A stretch of 64,000 nt of DNA from Vulcanimicrobiaceae bacterium (GCA_035694945.1 DASSEZ010000029.1:44088-108087), one strand, 5' to 3'; positions 18,703 to 27,794 are shown, counted from the stretch's first letter. Notes: generated from the letters alone by a model not told the origin. Translations and numbers: made by a program.

Positions 18703-19442
18703 TGCAACCGCACGAAATTCAAATCCGCGACCTGGTCAAACGCTACGGCGAACGCACCGTAGTCAACGGCGTGAGCGCGGAGGTGCGCACCGGCGAAATC
18801 GTCGGCTTGCTCGGCCCCAACGGGGCGGGCAAGACGACCACGTTTTACATGGTCGTGGGCCTGGTCAAACCGGACGGCGGAACGGTGCTGCTCGATACGG
18901 GCGATGGCCAAGTGGATCTGGGCAATGCGCCGATGTACATGCGCTCTCGCCGCGGCATCGGCTATCTCGCCCAAGAGAACTCGATCTTTCGCAAACTTTC
19001 CGTCGGTGACAACATTCGTCTCATTTGGGAGATGCACGGCATCGCGCGCGAAGAGCAGGAGAAGCGCCTTGCGCCGCTGCTCGAAGAATTCGGCCTGCTC
19101 AAGTTCATCAATGCGCGCGGTGACAGCCTTTCGGGCGGTGAACGCCGCCGAGTGGAGATCGCGCGCGCGATTGCGACCGAACCGGCGTTTTTGCTTCTCG
19201 ACGAACCGTTCACGGGCATCGACCCGATTGCCGTAGCGGATATTCAGGCGATGATCCGGCAGCTGCGCGACCGTGGCCTCGGCGTGCTGATTACCGATCA
19301 CCAAGTGCGCGAGACGCTGGCGATCGTCGACCGTGCGTACATTCTGAACAATGGCAAGATCGAAGTCTCCGGCACCGCGCACGACGTGCTCGAAAGCCCC
19401 ATCGCGCGGCAATTTTATTTGGGCGAAGGTTTCCGATTGTGA
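18702..19442 (+). CDS. lptB: LPS export ABC transporter ATP-binding protein
   Basis: It has Walker A (GPNGAGKTT), the ABC signature (LSGGERRRVEIARA) and Walker B (LLLDEPFTGIDP). The LptB-type C-terminus is ARQFYLGEGF. The start ATG overlaps the previous TAA. Confidence 0.9.
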   Translation: MQPHEIQIRDLVKRYGERTVVNGVSAEVRTGEIVGLLGPNGAGKTTTFYMVVGLVKPDGGTVLLDTGDGQVDLGNAPMYMRSRRGIGYLAQENSIFRKLSVGDNIRLIWEMHGIAREEQEKRLAPLLEEFGLLKFINARGDSLSGGERRRVEIARAIATEPAFLLLDEPFTGIDPIAVADIQAMIRQLRDRGLGVLITDHQVRETLAIVDRAYILNNGKIEVSGTAHDVLESPIARQFYLGEGFRL

Positions 19443-20554
19443 AAACGCTGCGCCTGACGATTCTGGACCGGTACATGCTCAGCGAGCTGGCCGGTCCGTT
19501 CTTGTTCGGGCTTTCGGCGTTTACGCTGATCATCGCGGCTGCGCAGATCGTCAACATCGGGCGTATCATGTCAGAAACGCACGCGCCGCTGTGGGCCGCT
19601 ATCGAAGCGTTCCTCTGGCAGTTGCCGCCTACGATGGTGCTGGCCATTCCGATGGCGCTGCTGCTCGGCACGCTGCTCTCGATTCAACGCCTGTCCGGCG
19701 AGAGCGAGATCACCGCGATGAAAGCGGGCGGCATTACGTTCATGCGCATCGCCGCGCCGCTGCTGGTTGCGGGCTTTGTGATGTCGTTCGTCACGCTGCT
19801 GCTGCAGGAGCGCATGGTTCCTTATGCAAGCGAACAGTTCCGCATCATTCAGAACACGATCATCAACCGCGCCAGTGCGGTAGTGAGCAGCCTGAACGTG
19901 TCTGCGCCGCTGCCGGGCGGCGGATCGCAGATGACGTTTGCGCGCGCGTGCGCGCAGAACTGTGAAGCGCTGCTGGGCGTCACGCTCGTGCAATACAATC
20001 GCGCGGGCACGGCGACGCGCATCGTGTTTGCCGATCGTGCCGTTTTTCGGGCCGAGAAATGGACGCTGGACAACGCGCGCATCTATCAGTTCAACGGCGA
20101 GGACCAAAGCGTGGCCACGTCGTGGACGACGCCGACCATGCAGGTTGAATTGGGCGAGAATCCAACCGAAATGGTCAAGCGAGCCGCGAACAACAATCCG
20201 GAGGACATGAACCGTGCGCAGATCGCGCAGCTCATCCGCACCGGGCAACTTTCGGCCAGCGAGCTCAAGAAATACACGATGGTATTTCAGGAGAAGCTCG
20301 CAACGCCGTTTGCATGCTTCGTGTTCACGCTGCTCGCAGTACCGTACGGGATCCGCTCGATCCGCGGAGGCGGCAGCACCGGTTTGGGCTTCGGTCTGGC
20401 GGTGCTCATCGTGTTCATCTATTACATCGTGCAGACGATCTTCTCGTACGTCGGCGAGGCGTATCTGCCGCTCGCCTTTCTCGCAGCCTGGATGCCCAAC
20501 ATCATTTTTACGCTTATCGGCGCGCGCCGGCTCTACCGCGCCGCGATGGTGTAG
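19439..20554 (+). CDS. LptF/LptG family permease (single copy)
   Basis: The GTG start overlaps the lptB stop. The N-terminus LDRYMLSELAGPFLFGLSAFTLI is the YjgP/YjgQ signature. Its topology is six TM helices plus a periplasmic domain. Confidence 0.85.
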   Translation: MKTLRLTILDRYMLSELAGPFLFGLSAFTLIIAAAQIVNIGRIMSETHAPLWAAIEAFLWQLPPTMVLAIPMALLLGTLLSIQRLSGESEITAMKAGGITFMRIAAPLLVAGFVMSFVTLLLQERMVPYASEQFRIIQNTIINRASAVVSSLNVSAPLPGGGSQMTFARACAQNCEALLGVTLVQYNRAGTATRIVFADRAVFRAEKWTLDNARIYQFNGEDQSVATSWTTPTMQVELGENPTEMVKRAANNNPEDMNRAQIAQLIRTGQLSASELKKYTMVFQEKLATPFACFVFTLLAVPYGIRSIRGGGSTGLGFGLAVLIVFIYYIVQTIFSYVGEAYLPLAFLAAWMPNIIFTLIGARRLYRAAMV

Positions 20555-20557
20555 CGC

Positions 20558-21517
20558 GTGAGCATCCTCGACATCCTGCGCGGCACCGGCATCGTCATCT
20601 TCATCGTCGTGCTCGCCGGCGTCATTGCGTACCTGGGCGATCGCGTCGGCCATCAGGTCGGGCGCAAGCGTCTGACGCTTTTTAATATCCGCCCGCGCTA
20701 TACGTCGACGATCATCGCCGTCGGTACGGGCATGATCATTGCGCTCGTCATCACGCTGGCGGCGATCTTCGCTTCGAACCAAGTCAAGACCGCGTTCTTC
20801 CGCTTGAACGAGATCAACAGCGAGATTCAAAAAGCACAAGCGCGGGCGCAGGAGCTCGAAAAGAAGGTCACCACCTCGCCGGTGGTGATCAATCTCGGGC
20901 AGCCGATGAGTCCGATCGTCGGACGCGTCGTCAGGAACGCGCCGGGGGGATTGCGCCACGACATCGTCCACGACTGGTACGAGCAGACGGTGACGTTCAT
21001 TAACCGTCAGTGGACGCGCGCGCCGTACAACCTCAAGAAATTCGTACCGCCGTCGAATCTGCAAGGCATGCTGAACTCGCTCGCCAACGATCCGAAGATG
21101 CAGGCAGAGGTCACGCAGACGCCGGTCTTGCTCTTTGCCGTCGCCGATCAAAACATGTATCCGGGAGATCCGATTCACTTTGGCGTCGCGACGTATCCGG
21201 ATCGCCTCATCGTGCCGCAAGGGCAAATCATCGCATCGGTTATCATGCCGAGCGGAAAAAACGTGAGCGCGGAACTCGGCATGGCGCAGCTGCTGCAAAC
21301 CTACGTCCCGCGCGATATGGCGAGCGCGGGCATGCCGCCGTTCCTGGCTGTCAACGTGCTCACGCAGCGCACCCTGCCGGACCCGGCGCAGATGAACAAG
21401 ATGATCACCACGGGGACCGGCACCTATCTCATGACCGCGTTCGCCGCGACCGACATCTACCCGCATACCGGGGCCGTCCCGGTCGTCGTCACCTTACAAA
21501 AGGCGCCCACGCAGTGA
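20558..21517 (+). CDS. DUF3084-like membrane-anchored coiled-coil protein
   Basis: An N-terminal TM pair (GIVIFIVVLAGVIAYLGDRVGHQVGRKRL) is followed by a coiled coil (EINSEIQKAQARAQELEKKV). The pattern is that of the DUF3084 family, recalled from memory. Confidence 0.55.
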   Translation: MSILDILRGTGIVIFIVVLAGVIAYLGDRVGHQVGRKRLTLFNIRPRYTSTIIAVGTGMIIALVITLAAIFASNQVKTAFFRLNEINSEIQKAQARAQELEKKVTTSPVVINLGQPMSPIVGRVVRNAPGGLRHDIVHDWYEQTVTFINRQWTRAPYNLKKFVPPSNLQGMLNSLANDPKMQAEVTQTPVLLFAVADQNMYPGDPIHFGVATYPDRLIVPQGQIIASVIMPSGKNVSAELGMAQLLQTYVPRDMASAGMPPFLAVNVLTQRTLPDPAQMNKMITTGTGTYLMTAFAATDIYPHTGAVPVVVTLQKAPTQ

Positions 21518-21915
21518 GCCGGGCGGTGCTCGGCATCGATCCCGGCACCCGGAAAGTCGGCTTTGCGATTATCGAGGATGCGGATTCGCCCGCGCTGGCG
21601 CGCGGCATCGAGCCGGTGGAGACGCTGCTCGAACGGCTGGGTCCATTGCTCGAATCGCATCCCATCGTGGCCGTGGCGCTCGGCAGCGGCACGAACGTCA
21701 ATCGTTTGGCACAGATGCTCCGCCCGCTGGACGTTCCGGTGCACGTCATTGACGAGCGCGACACGACCTACCGCGCCCGCGCGTTGTACTTCTCGGAGCA
21801 CCCGCCCACCGGCTGGCGCCGCTTGCTGCCTCTGGGTCTACAAGTGCCCCCCGGCCCTATCGACGACTACGCCGCAATGCTCATCGCACGGCGCTATCTT
21901 GCCCGGAGGGCATGA
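21514..21915 (+). CDS. YqgF/RuvX-like RNase H-fold nuclease
   Basis: The GTG start overlaps the previous stop. VLGIDPGTRKVGFAII ... IVAVALG ... HVIDERDTTYRA ... IDDYAAMLIARRYL parallels the conserved YqgF pattern (G-D-G, DER-T, ID-AA). Confidence 0.55.
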   Translation: MSRAVLGIDPGTRKVGFAIIEDADSPALARGIEPVETLLERLGPLLESHPIVAVALGSGTNVNRLAQMLRPLDVPVHVIDERDTTYRARALYFSEHPPTGWRRLLPLGLQVPPGPIDDYAAMLIARRYLARRA

Positions 21916-21993
21916 CGGGAAAGCGGGTATGAAACTGTAGGTCGGTTTCGCCGATAGTAGAAATTACCTAACGCGCGGGAATCAGAGGAAGGC

Positions 21994-23109
21994 ATGTCTA
22001 GGTTCGCTCGTGTCGCCGCATTGTTAGCGCTCGTGGCAGCGCTGTACTGTCGCGTGCAGGCGGCACCGTGGCCGCCGAACGGCGTTGCGAATCTCGATCC
22101 CGTCCGCATGTTCGATCCCGCCTCGGACTCCATGCTCGCCGCGCTGTTCACGACCCCGAAAGAACTCTCGCCGCTGAGCGTCGCGATCTTTTACGCGCCC
22201 GATCCCAATGTGGTCGCCATAGCCGCGCCCATCGTGCCTCCACCTTCGCAGATGGCGACGGTGCGTGCGGTAACGTTGCGCGCGTACGTTCCGCCCTTGC
22301 AGCTTCCGAACGAGCCGCTGGGGGCCCCGTCCGTGACGCCCGCGCAAGCGGTGCATCCGCAGGTCGTGCAAACGCACGTACGCGCATCTTCGCCGCAGCA
22401 CGACGTGCGTTTCGGAAATTACACGAACTACGCGCCGTCCACGCACAGTTTGTCCGAAGACGTGCACGTCCCGGTGCGGATCGGCGGCGTGCACTTCGCC
22501 GGCGTCCTGAGCGGGACGCAGTCGCAAAGCGCGCACACCGATTCCGTGCGCGCGATGCAGTTGTGCGGCACGACCGATGAAGCCGCCGCATGTCCGTACC
22601 TGCACGACGAGCGCACGCAGATCTTCTCCGCCGGAACGAACTTCGACGTACGCGCCGGCAACGCGCGCTTCAATCTGCAGCTCTCGGGAAGCGTAGGGCG
22701 CGTGAATAGCCACGACACGGCAATGTATCAGTACGTCCCGCTCGATCCCGATCCGCAGCTCGATTCCGTGCGTGCCGGATCACCGCAAGACACTTCGCTG
22801 CTGTATTATCCGGGACTCACGCAAATGGTGCGGCACGGCGTGGACGCGCGCGTCGCGGTGCCCATCTCACCCGCGCTTACCGTCGGCCTGCAATACGATC
22901 GCGCGCACTACCAAGGCAACTATGCCACGATGTTTGCGCCAGGACTCGACGCCCGTAAGGACACATATCTGGGCAACGTGACCTACCAACTGCCCAATTC
23001 CAACAGCTTGCTCACGCTGTCGGCGCAACAGTACCGCTATCAAGATAACCTTGCGCCGTTCAACCTGACGGAGACGCGCGCGGATCTCAGCTTCACGGTG
23101 AAATTCTGA
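21994..23109 (+). CDS. Predicted outer-membrane beta-barrel protein
   Basis: It has a signal peptide (AALLALVAALYCRVQA). The C-terminal half shows an alternating beta pattern. The terminal LSFTVKF is an OMP beta-signal ending in Phe. Confidence 0.5.
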   Translation: MSRFARVAALLALVAALYCRVQAAPWPPNGVANLDPVRMFDPASDSMLAALFTTPKELSPLSVAIFYAPDPNVVAIAAPIVPPPSQMATVRAVTLRAYVPPLQLPNEPLGAPSVTPAQAVHPQVVQTHVRASSPQHDVRFGNYTNYAPSTHSLSEDVHVPVRIGGVHFAGVLSGTQSQSAHTDSVRAMQLCGTTDEAAACPYLHDERTQIFSAGTNFDVRAGNARFNLQLSGSVGRVNSHDTAMYQYVPLDPDPQLDSVRAGSPQDTSLLYYPGLTQMVRHGVDARVAVPISPALTVGLQYDRAHYQGNYATMFAPGLDARKDTYLGNVTYQLPNSNSLLTLSAQQYRYQDNLAPFNLTETRADLSFTVKF

Positions 23110-23141
23110 CCGACGCGTCTCGGCGGGCGCGAGTACGTGGT

Positions 23142-23948
23142 GTGCTTGCGTTCGTGGTTGCTGTGCTCGTTCTCGCACTTGGCGCGGTTCAACTCGGATC
23201 GGACGCCATTTTTGCGCGCGCCGGCCAACCGGCCTCGCTGCCAGCACATCTGCAGCCGCACGTCGGCGTCGCCATTTATCACGCGCTTGGACGCATCTCG
23301 CAAGCCCCGTACGTGGACGGCATGCTCGCGCGCGCGGCGCTCGACCGCGGCGACCTGCAGCAGGCTGAGCGGCACGCGCAGCGTTTGCCGCAGTCCACGA
23401 AGCGCGACGACCTCCTGGGCTTCGTGGCGCAAGCGCGCGGGGACGATCGAGCCGCGCTACGGTACTTCGTGCGCGCCGGCGATATCGAGGCGATCGACAG
23501 TGCGGTCGACCGTTTGCAGTACCGCGATCCGGCGTATGCGTACCGGCTCGAATCGGACCTGAAAGATCGGTTGCAGCAAAGCGGCACGCATCCGGACGCC
23601 GTTGCGGAAGCGTACTGGCAACTCGGCCGGCTCGCATGGATGCAGTCCAAACGCGGCCTGGCGATGCACAATTACGCGCAGGCAATTGCACTTTCGCCGC
23701 TTTCCGAAAAATTTTTGCTCTCCGGCGGATTCAGTGCGTACGAGATGCATTGGTACGATCAGGCGCAGCGCTATTTCATGCGCGTGCTGAGCGTCAATCC
23801 GGCAAGCGCGGACGCGTATGCCGGCGCGGGGATGACGGCCTTGCGCATGGGCGATCGCGCACGCGCGCAGTATTACGCGCAGCGCGCCCGTGCGATCGAC
23901 CCGCACGACCATCCGCTGCACTCCTTGGACGCATTGCTCAAACAGTGA
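23142..23948 (+). CDS. Membrane-anchored TPR repeat protein
   Basis: An N-terminal TM helix is followed by TPR-like helices (AEAYWQLGRLAWMQ, AMHNYAQAIALSP, AQRYFMRVLSVNPASADAYAGAGMTALRMGDRARAQYYAQRARAIDP). Confidence 0.6.
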   Translation: MLAFVVAVLVLALGAVQLGSDAIFARAGQPASLPAHLQPHVGVAIYHALGRISQAPYVDGMLARAALDRGDLQQAERHAQRLPQSTKRDDLLGFVAQARGDDRAALRYFVRAGDIEAIDSAVDRLQYRDPAYAYRLESDLKDRLQQSGTHPDAVAEAYWQLGRLAWMQSKRGLAMHNYAQAIALSPLSEKFLLSGGFSAYEMHWYDQAQRYFMRVLSVNPASADAYAGAGMTALRMGDRARAQYYAQRARAIDPHDHPLHSLDALLKQ

Positions 23949-24982
23949 TCGTCGCGCTCGACATGCAGCTCGCCGTCGGCAACGCCACCGGCATCGGCGA
24001 GTACGTCAGCGGCCTTGCTCCGGCGCTGCGCGAACGCGGCGTCGGCGTCGTCGAATTGCGCGAGCCCAAACTCGATCCGTGGCGCTTCGATCGGCGTGTC
24101 GCGTGGGATCAAGTCGTGCTGCCGCAGCGCGCGCGCGCGAGCGGCGCGGATTTGCTGCATTGCGCTTCAGGAACGATGCCGCTGCGCGTTTCGATGCCGA
24201 CCGTGGTGACCGTACACGACGTTGCCTGGTTGAAAGTGCAAAGCCACACGCGTCCGTACGCCCGCTATTATTTCGGAACGTTCGCACTGCAGCGCTATCC
24301 GCACGCATCGGCGATCGTCGTCGATTCGAAGTTTTCACGCAACGAACTGCTCGGCGTACTCGACGTGCCCAGCGACTTGGTGCACGTCGTGTATCCGGGC
24401 GTGGCGCAAGATTACTGCGTGCTGGAGCGCCGTCCCACGCAAGAACGTACCATCCTGGTGCCGGGTACGGTTGAGAGGCGCAAGAATTTGGAAGTGCTCA
24501 TCCGAGCGCTGCCGTTACTTCCCAAGGACACGCGCGTTATCTGCGTCGGGCCGTCCACACCGTACCAAGACGAATGCGAACGGCTGGCACAACATGCGGG
24601 CGTCGCCGCGCAGGTGCAGTACCGCGGTTACGTCGACCGCACGGAGCTGCTGCGCTTGTACGCAACGTGTGCGCTGGTCGCCGTGCCCTCGCGCTATGAG
24701 GGCTTCGGCTACGCCGCCGCGCAAGCACTGTGCGCGGGGACTCCGGTCATCGTTTCGGATGCGGCCTCGTTGCCCGAAGTCGTTTCCGGCGCAGCGCCCA
24801 TTGCCGCGGCGGACGACGAAGAGCAGTGGGCACATGAAATCCGCAGGGTGTTCGACGATGCGCAAGGAGCAGCCGGTCGGGCGCACGCACAGCGGGCGCC
24901 TGCGGTGGAGCGCTTCGCATGGCATGCGAGTGCGGGCGCTATGCGCGGGGTGTATGAAACTGCGCTGCGAAGAGCACGGTAG
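23945..24982 (+). CDS. GT4-family glycosyltransferase
   Basis: The GTG start overlaps the previous stop (GTGA). It contains GIGEYVSGLAP ... and the EX7E-type region PSRYEGFGYAAAQALCAGTPVIVSD. Confidence 0.8.
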   Translation: MIVALDMQLAVGNATGIGEYVSGLAPALRERGVGVVELREPKLDPWRFDRRVAWDQVVLPQRARASGADLLHCASGTMPLRVSMPTVVTVHDVAWLKVQSHTRPYARYYFGTFALQRYPHASAIVVDSKFSRNELLGVLDVPSDLVHVVYPGVAQDYCVLERRPTQERTILVPGTVERRKNLEVLIRALPLLPKDTRVICVGPSTPYQDECERLAQHAGVAAQVQYRGYVDRTELLRLYATCALVAVPSRYEGFGYAAAQALCAGTPVIVSDAASLPEVVSGAAPIAAADDEEQWAHEIRRVFDDAQGAAGRAHAQRAPAVERFAWHASAGAMRGVYETALRRAR

Positions 24983-24990
24983 GAGGCTGT

Positions 24991-26112
24991 ATGTCCGAAT
25001 CACCCGTGCCGGTACAAACCGGTCCTGCCGACGTGCCGCTGAGCACGGACGAGCAGTCCAAGCTCGATGCGCAAGTTCAACAGTACGTGGGTGACCTCGC
25101 GGTGCTCGATATTCGCGGCGAGGATTTTAAGAACCGCATCAACGCGCTCGAGCAACTGGGCAACGCGGAGATTTCGCAGTCCGCGAACGTTTCAAACCGT
25201 TTGCTGGATCGTCCGCTGCGCGAGTTACGCGAACCCGGTAAGCAGACACCGGGCGTTTCCAAGGGATTGAGCGATTTACGGGCCACGGTCGAGTCGCTGG
25301 ACCCGAGCAAGCGCGATCTGCTCTCGCCCCGCCGTCTGCTGGGCGTCATTCCGTTCGGCAACAAGTTGCGGCAGTATTTCGATCAGTACCAGTCTTCGCA
25401 GACGCACTTGAACGCGATCATCGAAACGCTGTACCGCGGCAAGGACGAACTGCTGCGCGACAACGCGTCGATAGAAGAACAAAAGACGCAGATGTGGTCG
25501 CTCATGCAAAAAACGCAAGCGATGATCTATCTGTGCAAGAAGATCGACGCCGAACTTACCGACAAAGTCGCGGAGTTGGAAACCAGCGATCCCGAGCGCG
25601 CCAAGACCGTCAAAGAGTCGGCGCTGTTTCCGGTCCGCCAAAAGGCCGTCGATCTGCTTACGCAGATGGCCGTGAACGTGCAAGGTTATCAGGCACTCGA
25701 TCTGATCAAGCGCAACAACACCGAACTGGTCAAAGGTGTGGAACGTGCGACGACCACCACGGTGAGCGCGCTGCGCACCGCCGTGGCGGTCGCGCAAGCG
25801 CTAACCAATCAGCGCCTGGTTCTGGGCCAAATTTCCGCGCTCAGCACGACGACGTCGAACATGATTGAGTCGACCTCGCAGATGCTGCGCGAGCAAGGTA
25901 CGGCAATCTACAAGCAAGCCGCCGAACCGACCTTGCAGCTCGAACAGCTGCACCGCGCGTTCGAGAACGTGTATGCGGCGATGGACTCGGTGGAAGAGTA
26001 CAAACTCAAAGCGGCCGACAGTCTTGCGCAGACGGCTGCGGCGCTCGAAAGCGAAGTCGACAAAGCCAAGGCGTATCTCGCGCGCTCGGGCGCACCCGAA
26101 CTGCCGAAGTAA
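24991..26112 (+). CDS. telA: TelA/KlaA-like toxic anion resistance family protein
   Basis: AGGAGG lies 4 nt upstream. The length and all-helical pattern (FGNKLRQYFDQYQSSQTHLNAIIETLYRGKDELLRDN ... ALDLIKRNNTELVKGV) are typical of the TelA family. Confidence 0.75.
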   Translation: MSESPVPVQTGPADVPLSTDEQSKLDAQVQQYVGDLAVLDIRGEDFKNRINALEQLGNAEISQSANVSNRLLDRPLRELREPGKQTPGVSKGLSDLRATVESLDPSKRDLLSPRRLLGVIPFGNKLRQYFDQYQSSQTHLNAIIETLYRGKDELLRDNASIEEQKTQMWSLMQKTQAMIYLCKKIDAELTDKVAELETSDPERAKTVKESALFPVRQKAVDLLTQMAVNVQGYQALDLIKRNNTELVKGVERATTTTVSALRTAVAVAQALTNQRLVLGQISALSTTTSNMIESTSQMLREQGTAIYKQAAEPTLQLEQLHRAFENVYAAMDSVEEYKLKAADSLAQTAAALESEVDKAKAYLARSGAPELPK

Positions 26113-26877
26113 ATGGCGCTTCCCCCGCAGGCGCAGGCGTGCGTCGACCGGATATTCGCGCTGCTCGACGAAGCGCAGGCGCTCGGATTGGATCGTGCGT
26201 CCGGTGAAGAGGCGTACGCGCTACGCACGACGCGCGAGCGCTATCTGCCCGAAACGCTCGACGCGTATGCGCACATTCCGGCGGCGATGCGCTCCGCGCC
26301 CGATGCAACGACGGGACGGACGCCGGACGAGCAGTTACTGGAGCAGCTTGAAATTTTGGAACGCGCGACGGCGCAGCGGCTCACGCGCCTTGCCGAGCAC
26401 GGACGTACCGCGCTTTCGGCAAACGGGCGATTTCTGGTGGAACGGCTCGGCGCACTCGACACGTTGCCGGAAGCGCCGCAATTTCAAGCCCATAGCGCGC
26501 CGGTAACCGCGCAGCGGTTCGTCGATTCGATTACCGCGGGCGCGCGGCGCAATCGCGATCTCGTCAACGCCGTTGCAACACGCTTGCAAGAAGCGTTCCC
26601 GCTGCTCACCGAAGTCGATCGCGGCATGTTCGGCGCCGGGCCGGCGCGGCGCATCGCGATCACGGTTCCGATCGGTAACGATCGCTTGCGCTATGCCTTG
26701 ACGCTCGGCCGCGGCGGCGAGGTGGAGACGACGTGCGCCAAAATGGTGCGCGGCGTGACGATTCGCACGGAGCAGGTCCCATTCGAAGAATGGGCGCGCG
26801 GATTATACGGCGATTTGCATGCGTACGCGCAAAGCAGTGCGCAGGTGCAGGACATGCTCGAACAGCTTACACGCTAA
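26113..26877 (+). CDS. Hypothetical helical protein coupled to telA
   Basis: The start abuts the telA stop (TAAATG). Codon usage matches the neighbouring genes. I recognise no domain with confidence. Confidence 0.5.
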   Translation: MALPPQAQACVDRIFALLDEAQALGLDRASGEEAYALRTTRERYLPETLDAYAHIPAAMRSAPDATTGRTPDEQLLEQLEILERATAQRLTRLAEHGRTALSANGRFLVERLGALDTLPEAPQFQAHSAPVTAQRFVDSITAGARRNRDLVNAVATRLQEAFPLLTEVDRGMFGAGPARRIAITVPIGNDRLRYALTLGRGGEVETTCAKMVRGVTIRTEQVPFEEWARGLYGDLHAYAQSSAQVQDMLEQLTR

Positions 26878-26894
26878 GGGAAGGACGAGGTGAC

Positions 26895-27794
26895 ATGAGT
26901 TTTTTCGGATTCGGTTCGGGGCCGCGGCCACCGCAGCAGCAGCAGGGCGCGCCCGGATCGCCGGGCGTGCCGCCGGCGACGACGCAAGGCGGCGTTCCGC
27001 AAGACGCGATTGCGCGTTTGCGCCGCATGTCCGGCGAGGGCGGCAAACCGCTGTTCACCAGCGATCTCTCGGTGAGCGAGTTCGTCCTGCTCGAGCAGCT
27101 CGGCATCAAGCCGCTCGGCATGGTCCTGGGCAGTTCGATCTATCACGTCGGCATTCAGTACGGCAACTGGTACCAAAACCAGGAACTCGACTATCTGAGC
27201 CAAGCGATGTACCACGCGCGCGAACTGGCGATGTCGCGCATGGAAGAAGAAGCGGCCGTGCTCGGCGCGGACGGCATCGTCGGCGTGCGCCTGAACGTCA
27301 ATGCATACTCATGGGCCGAAGCCGCGCTGGAATTTACGGCAATCGGTACGGCGATAAAAGCGCGCGAAGGCGAGCGGTATCATACCGTGCACGGCCGGCC
27401 GTTCACGAGCGACTTGAGCGCGCAGGATTTCTTCAAACTTTTCCAGTCCGGCTATGTTCCGGCGGAATTAGTGCTCGGCAACTGCGTGTATCACGTGGCG
27501 CATCAAGGCTTTTTGCAGCAGATGCGCACGATCGGCATGAACGTCGAATTGACGAACTATACCGAAGCGATTTACGACGCGCGGGAACTCGCGATGAGCC
27601 GCATGCAGGCCGAAGCCGAATCGCACGGCGCCGAAGGGATTATCGGCATGCGCATCACCGAACAGAGTTGGATCTGGCAGCCGCACGTCATCGAATTTAT
27701 GGCCGTCGGTACGTCCATCGTGCGCCGGCCCGGCTACACCGGCGACGGCAAATTACCCGACGCTCCGCGCTTTACCGTTTCGCTGGACGATTAA
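26895..27794 (+). CDS. Tandem YbjQ (DUF74) domain protein with a Q/P-rich N-terminus
   Basis: An RBS (aaggacgagg) lies upstream of ATG 26895. Two repeats of the YbjQ pattern are present: ARELAMSRMEEEAAVLGADGIVGVRL...AIGTAIK and ARELAMSRMQAEAESHGAEGIIGMRI...AVGTSIV. Confidence 0.75.
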   Translation: MSFFGFGSGPRPPQQQQGAPGSPGVPPATTQGGVPQDAIARLRRMSGEGGKPLFTSDLSVSEFVLLEQLGIKPLGMVLGSSIYHVGIQYGNWYQNQELDYLSQAMYHARELAMSRMEEEAAVLGADGIVGVRLNVNAYSWAEAALEFTAIGTAIKAREGERYHTVHGRPFTSDLSAQDFFKLFQSGYVPAELVLGNCVYHVAHQGFLQQMRTIGMNVELTNYTEAIYDARELAMSRMQAEAESHGAEGIIGMRITEQSWIWQPHVIEFMAVGTSIVRRPGYTGDGKLPDAPRFTVSLDD

